From assembly GCA_973895155.1 (NCBI GenBank), contig OZ316897.1:14941375-15005374 (forward strand): a stretch of DNA of 64,000 nt, read 5' to 3'. This stretch comes from Marsupella aquatica. Lineage: Eukaryota > Plantae > Marchantiophyta. Under the pieces are notes generated by a model. That model had not been told where the DNA came from and searched no databases. It saw nothing but the letters and a program-made list of their open reading frames with translations. Positions 59,567 to 64,000 of this stretch are shown here, one piece after another (within the stretch, counting starts at the first letter, position 1; each line of letters opens with the position of its first letter). A program made the translations under genes and the position numbers.

Positions 59567-61616
59567 AATGTGCGGCCCTCTCCAAATATGTTACCACGGA
59601 GATTGAGAGCAACATATCGAGAAATGGGTATGCCAGAAGGACATGGATCAGAGTCACACTCCCCATCAAGTGCTAGTGGAAGTAGTAACCCTGATGAAGA
59701 GGTACCTCGGACGGATGAACAAGTAACTGATGACCAGGATAGAGCCATGGATGACTTTATGGTTGATTGGTTTGGTGCCGACAACCCTGGTGATGACCTT
59801 CCCAATGAAGGGCAAGTGCCCCCCAATGATCCACGCCCAAGACATACCCCTGAGGGACAACACCAATGGGAAGAAGCAGAGGAACATGCCCGAACACCTA
59901 TCTATGAGGGTGCTCATTTGAGTCATCTTTCAGCCATCTTGGGGTTGATATATGAACCTACAGGCCAAACACAAGGCAAACAATGCCTTGTTATCTGATA
60001 TGTTTGCACTTTGCCATGACCTTATGTTACCCACTGAGAATGTGTTGCCAACAACTTGGAAGGAGGCAAAGAGTGTTCTCTCATCTATTGGCATGGAATA
60101 TCATATTGTTCATGCATGTGTGAATGATTGCATGTTATTTCATGGGGCCAATGCAAACATGACACAATGTACAACATGTGATGAGCCTCGCTATGACCCA
60201 ACATGCTAACAAAGAAGGTGCCAAGGAAGGCTATTAGTTGGTTTCCCATTATTCCTCGGTTGTTGCACATGTATCGGTGTTCTGACTTGGCAGAGTTGAT
60301 GGTATGGCATAAGACTCATCGATCAGAGTCTGGTGTCATGCGGTTGCCAGTTGACTCCCTGCTCACAAACATATTGAGGCAACATGGCCAGACTTTGCAC
60401 ATGATCCTCGCCATGTGAGGCTAGGATTGGCATCTGATGGATTTAGCCCTCATTCACTTGGAGGAAAGGGGCAAACTACATCAGTTTGACCTGTGGTTGT
60501 CATGAATTATAACCTCCCACCATGGCTATCCATGAAGAAGGGGTTCCTTTTATTGTCTTTGATTATCCCAGGTCCAAAAAAGGTGAAGAACTTTGACACT
60601 TACTTGGCACTATTGGTTGGAGAACTTCAAAAATTATGGGATGGAGTGTGGGCATATGATGGCAGGAAAATTACAGGAGGTTTTCCACGTGTCTTTCAAT
60701 TGAGAGGGATCATTTGTTGGACAATGCATGACTATCCTGGTAAGATGACTTCCATGCCATTTGCAACCCTTCAATAATGTGTAGTTCCTATTGTTGTTTC
60801 TCATGTGACAACCCTAACATAAAGTTTGCATGGTTTGATTTCTTCTGTGTAAGCAGGGTTTGGTTTTGTCTCTGGATTGCAAACTCAGGGGTACAAAGCT
60901 TGCTCTACTTGTGGCCCAAGCTTAAAGGACATGGCCACATATTGTTCATGGATTAGAAAGATTGTTTATATTGGGCATACAAAGTTTCTTCCCATGGGGC
61001 ATGAGATGAGGTTTGACCCACTTCTATTCTCCTCCTTTGACATGCCATTTGGTGATGAGCGTGAAATTCCTGATGCAACAAGTTTTGCACATTGGAAGTC
61101 ACTAGCTGATAGGATGGCAGACCCAAATGATTCCTTCACCTTTGATAGGACAGGTTTGACCAGGTGGAGTATACTAGCCACTTTGCCCTATTGGTCTGAG
61201 TTGAAGATCCGCCATCTCTTAGACCCCATGCACATAGAGGGAAATGTGGGGAAGGCTTTGATAAAGCATTTTTATGGGGAGAAGGACACTAATTTTAGGG
61301 AGGCATGCGAGGAGATGGAAATGCATCCAGATGTTTGGGTGACAACTGATCCTATCACAGGTGTGGAGAATCGTCCTTCTGCTCCTTGGGTGTTGAGTGT
61401 TGGCCAAAGACGTGAATTTTGGAACCGTATAGAAGAGATGCGGTTTCCTACAGGCTATGGTGCCAACCTTTGGAAAGATTTTGGGATAGAGGAAAATCAC
61501 AAGTGGCCACGATATTTGAAGACACATGACTATCATCGCCTATTGCAGCATATATTGCCAGTGGCAATTATAGGTATAGGGAGTGAAGAAGTGCAAGATG
61601 CCATCTGGTCATTGGG
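59567..61616 (+). pseudogene. CACTA TnpD transposase of outer CACTA-B, multiply frameshifted, 3'-truncated
   Basis: Collinear homolog of 40709-37442 (MLPRRLRATY, VHACVNDC, YNLPPW, WTMHDYPG, LDPMHIEGN, KTHDYH), ending at DAIWSLG. Confidence 0.92.
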
Positions 61617-64000
61617 TCATACACCATCCTTGTAAAACCTTGAGCAAGCATGAAATCATCAAACCCCTTGTTCCACTGTTTGGGAGACTGCTTCAATCCA
61701 TACAAGGACTTGAGCAATCTGTAAACTAAGTTCTCTTGGCCCTTCTTCATAAAGCCTAGTGGCTGTCTCATGAAGATCAACTCTTCCAAGTTGCCATAGA
61801 GAAAAGCAGTAACAACATCCATCTGATCCATCACCAGACCAAAAAATACAACAAAGCTGACACAAGATCCGTATTGTGGAATACTTAGCCACCGGTGAAA
61901 AGACCTCATTGTAGTCCACTCCTTTCTCCTGAGTGAACCCCTTGGTAACAAGCCTTGCCTTGTAGATCTTATCTCCACCCTCTGAAAGACTGTCCTTCAA
62001 CTTGTAAATCCACTTGTTGTCCACCACTTGCTGACCTCTTGGAAGCTCCACCAGCTCCCATGTCTTGTTGTCACTCAAAGATTGCAACTCCCTCTGCATT
62101 GCTGCATTCCACTCATGCTTCTGCTCTAAAGCACAAGCCTCACTGTACGAAGAAGACTCTCCTTCTTCCAAGATCAAAGCCATGTCATCTTCATCAGGTG
62201 CAATGTCAATATCATCTAGCTTAGATGAGTCTACCCATTGACCATACTTGGTAGGAGCTCTAGTAGAACGACTGGAAGTTCTTCTAGTAGATGACTCAGG
62301 CTGATCTGCTGTTGCTGGTCAAATTTGAGGTACCCCAGCAATAATTTTCTCCTCTTGTTCCATCATAGGAACCAGCTCCAAGCCCGGAACTTCTCCATCT
62401 CTCCTGTCATGAACTGCATCATGACTCATCTCCCCCTCAACCCGGTCCGGGATGGGAGATTTCCCCTTGTCAGTATGGGAGTCCTAAGAACTCTCCCCCT
62501 CCTTTGATGATCTGGATTCATTAAAGGACACATCTCTACTGACAATTAGCTTATAGGTTACTGGATCCCATAACCTATAACCCTTCACACCTTTCTGATA
62601 GCCAAGGAAAATGCACTTCTTCGACTTGGACTCCAGCTTGGATCAAAGCTGGGAAGGGTGTAAGCACATAAGCATCACATCCAAAAATCCTCAAATGTGA
62701 GTTATCTGCTGGATGCCCATACCTCATTTCAAATGGCATCTTGAATCCAATAGAACTGGATGGAGAAAAATTTACCAAATAAGCTGCAGTGTTGACAGCT
62801 TCAACCCAAAACTCATGTGGTAAACATGATTGACTCAACATACTCCTCGAGCGGTCCAATAGTGTTCGGTTGAGTCTCTCAGAAACACCATTCTGCTGAG
62901 AAGTATAACTTGTTGTGAGATGGCGGGTAATCCCTTGCTCCTTACAATACATTCCAAATTCCCCAAAATTGTATTCACCGCCATTATCCAATCAAAGATA
63001 TCTCACCTTATTACCAGTCTGATTCTCAACTTGGGCTTTCCACTCCTTAAAAGTGGCAAAAACATCAGACTTACTATGTAGAAAGTATATCCACACATAC
63101 CTTGAGTAATCGTCAATGAACGTGACATAGTATAACCATCCAGAATGTGAGGGAGTAGGGGCTGGACCCCACACATCACTATGTACATACTCAAGTACCT
63201 CCTTGTTGGTGTGAGTTCCAACTCCGAAGGGTTTCCTGTGCTGCTTCCCTAGCACACAGTGCTCACAAAATTCCAACTTACAAGGTAGTAAATTAGAAAG
63301 TAATCCTTTCTTCTGAAGAATAACCAAACCTTTTTCACTCATGTGGCCCAAATAGAAGTGCCATAGCCGGGCCGTCTCCTCATGAGATAAGGTTACATTG
63401 GCTTCATCACAAACTACACTGCCCTCCAAAACGTATAGATTGCTATGTCTCTTTCCCTCCAATACAACTTTAGTACCAGTTGAAACCTGAAGGACACCAT
63501 TAGTAGAACTCCACTGATGGCCATTTGCTTCTAAAACTCTAAGTGAAACGAGATTTTTCATCATGCTGGGAATATGTCTCACATTCCTTAACGTTCTTAC
63601 AGCACCATCAAACATCTGAAATCTTACAGATCAAAGTCCAACAACTTGACATGGGATTCCATTTCCCATCAACATTGACCCGTTGGAAACCGTGTAAGAA
63701 CTGAAAAAATCTCTCCTAGAGCAAATGTGAAAAGTACATGCACTATCTAGAATCCAGTCATCACTACTTGGATTTGACACTACGTTGAGAGCATAACCTT
63801 GACATCACAATATGTCATCATCATCGAGTAAATCTACCTCATGCGAGCTCGATGCCGCATTAGCAGAGGCAGTAGGGACCTTTACTCGACAATCCCTTTT
63901 CATGTGGCCAGGCTTGCCACAATTCCAACATTGAAGAGGCTTTCTCTCTTGCAATTTCCCTCTGGATTTAGATCTCCCCCGTGATGTAGATCTAAACCTG
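61613..64000 (-). mobile_element. Ty1/copia element, Tork/Tnt1-like, degenerate, 3'-truncated within RT; continues beyond the window
   Basis: Knuckle CWNCGKPGHMKRDC, WILDSACTFH, VRHIP..KNLVSL, LWH..LGHMSEKGL, VHSDVWGP, DNGGEY, QQNGVSERLNRTL, YKARLV.KGF, LYGLKQSP. Confidence 0.92.

Larger units (their letters stand above)
33355..61616 (+). mobile_element. CACTA family B, outer copy (both ends lost); interrupted by the inner copy at 36687-59134
   Basis: Same gene set as the inner copy in opposite orientation: divergent TnpA-like gene (-), SET gene (+, split by the insertion) and transposase (+). Confidence 0.85.

Overview
Plant nuclear DNA, probably a non-seed land plant (inferred from the TE lineages). 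The window starts with the 3' part of a host gene, a kinase-like + PAP/fibrillin gene of the FBN11/PAP14/ORG1 type (1-3015). The rest is a ~58 kb nest of transposons, most of whose boundaries can be read from TIRs and TSDs. (i) A Bianca-like Ty1/copia element is split by a 4.67 kb TIR DNA transposon (9965-14637, 4-bp TSD). That transposon encodes a Sola-like DDD transposase plus an intron-containing, bacterial-type beta-class N4C/N6A DNA methyltransferase. (ii) An 18 kb CACTA element (15353-33354) carries an RPL18a exon, a Cys-rich ORF, a stand-alone EDM2-type composite PHD module, a tandem Pol-lambda-like BRCT protein and a GW/WG-rich TnpA-like gene. (iii) Two nested, diverged copies of a second CACTA family each encode a SET-domain protein that appears to share its first (Zn-motif) exon with the transposase. 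(iv) A young Ty3/gypsy element has 3 kb LTRs that each contain a complete ~600-aa ORF. (v) MITEs and a truncated Tork/Tnt1-like copia complete the nest. The main theme is that three distinct DNA-transposon families each carry chromatin or DNA-modification cargo (amino-DNA methyltransferase, SET, EDM2-PHD). Most copies here are mutated, and all family assignments are by motif recognition rather than database search.
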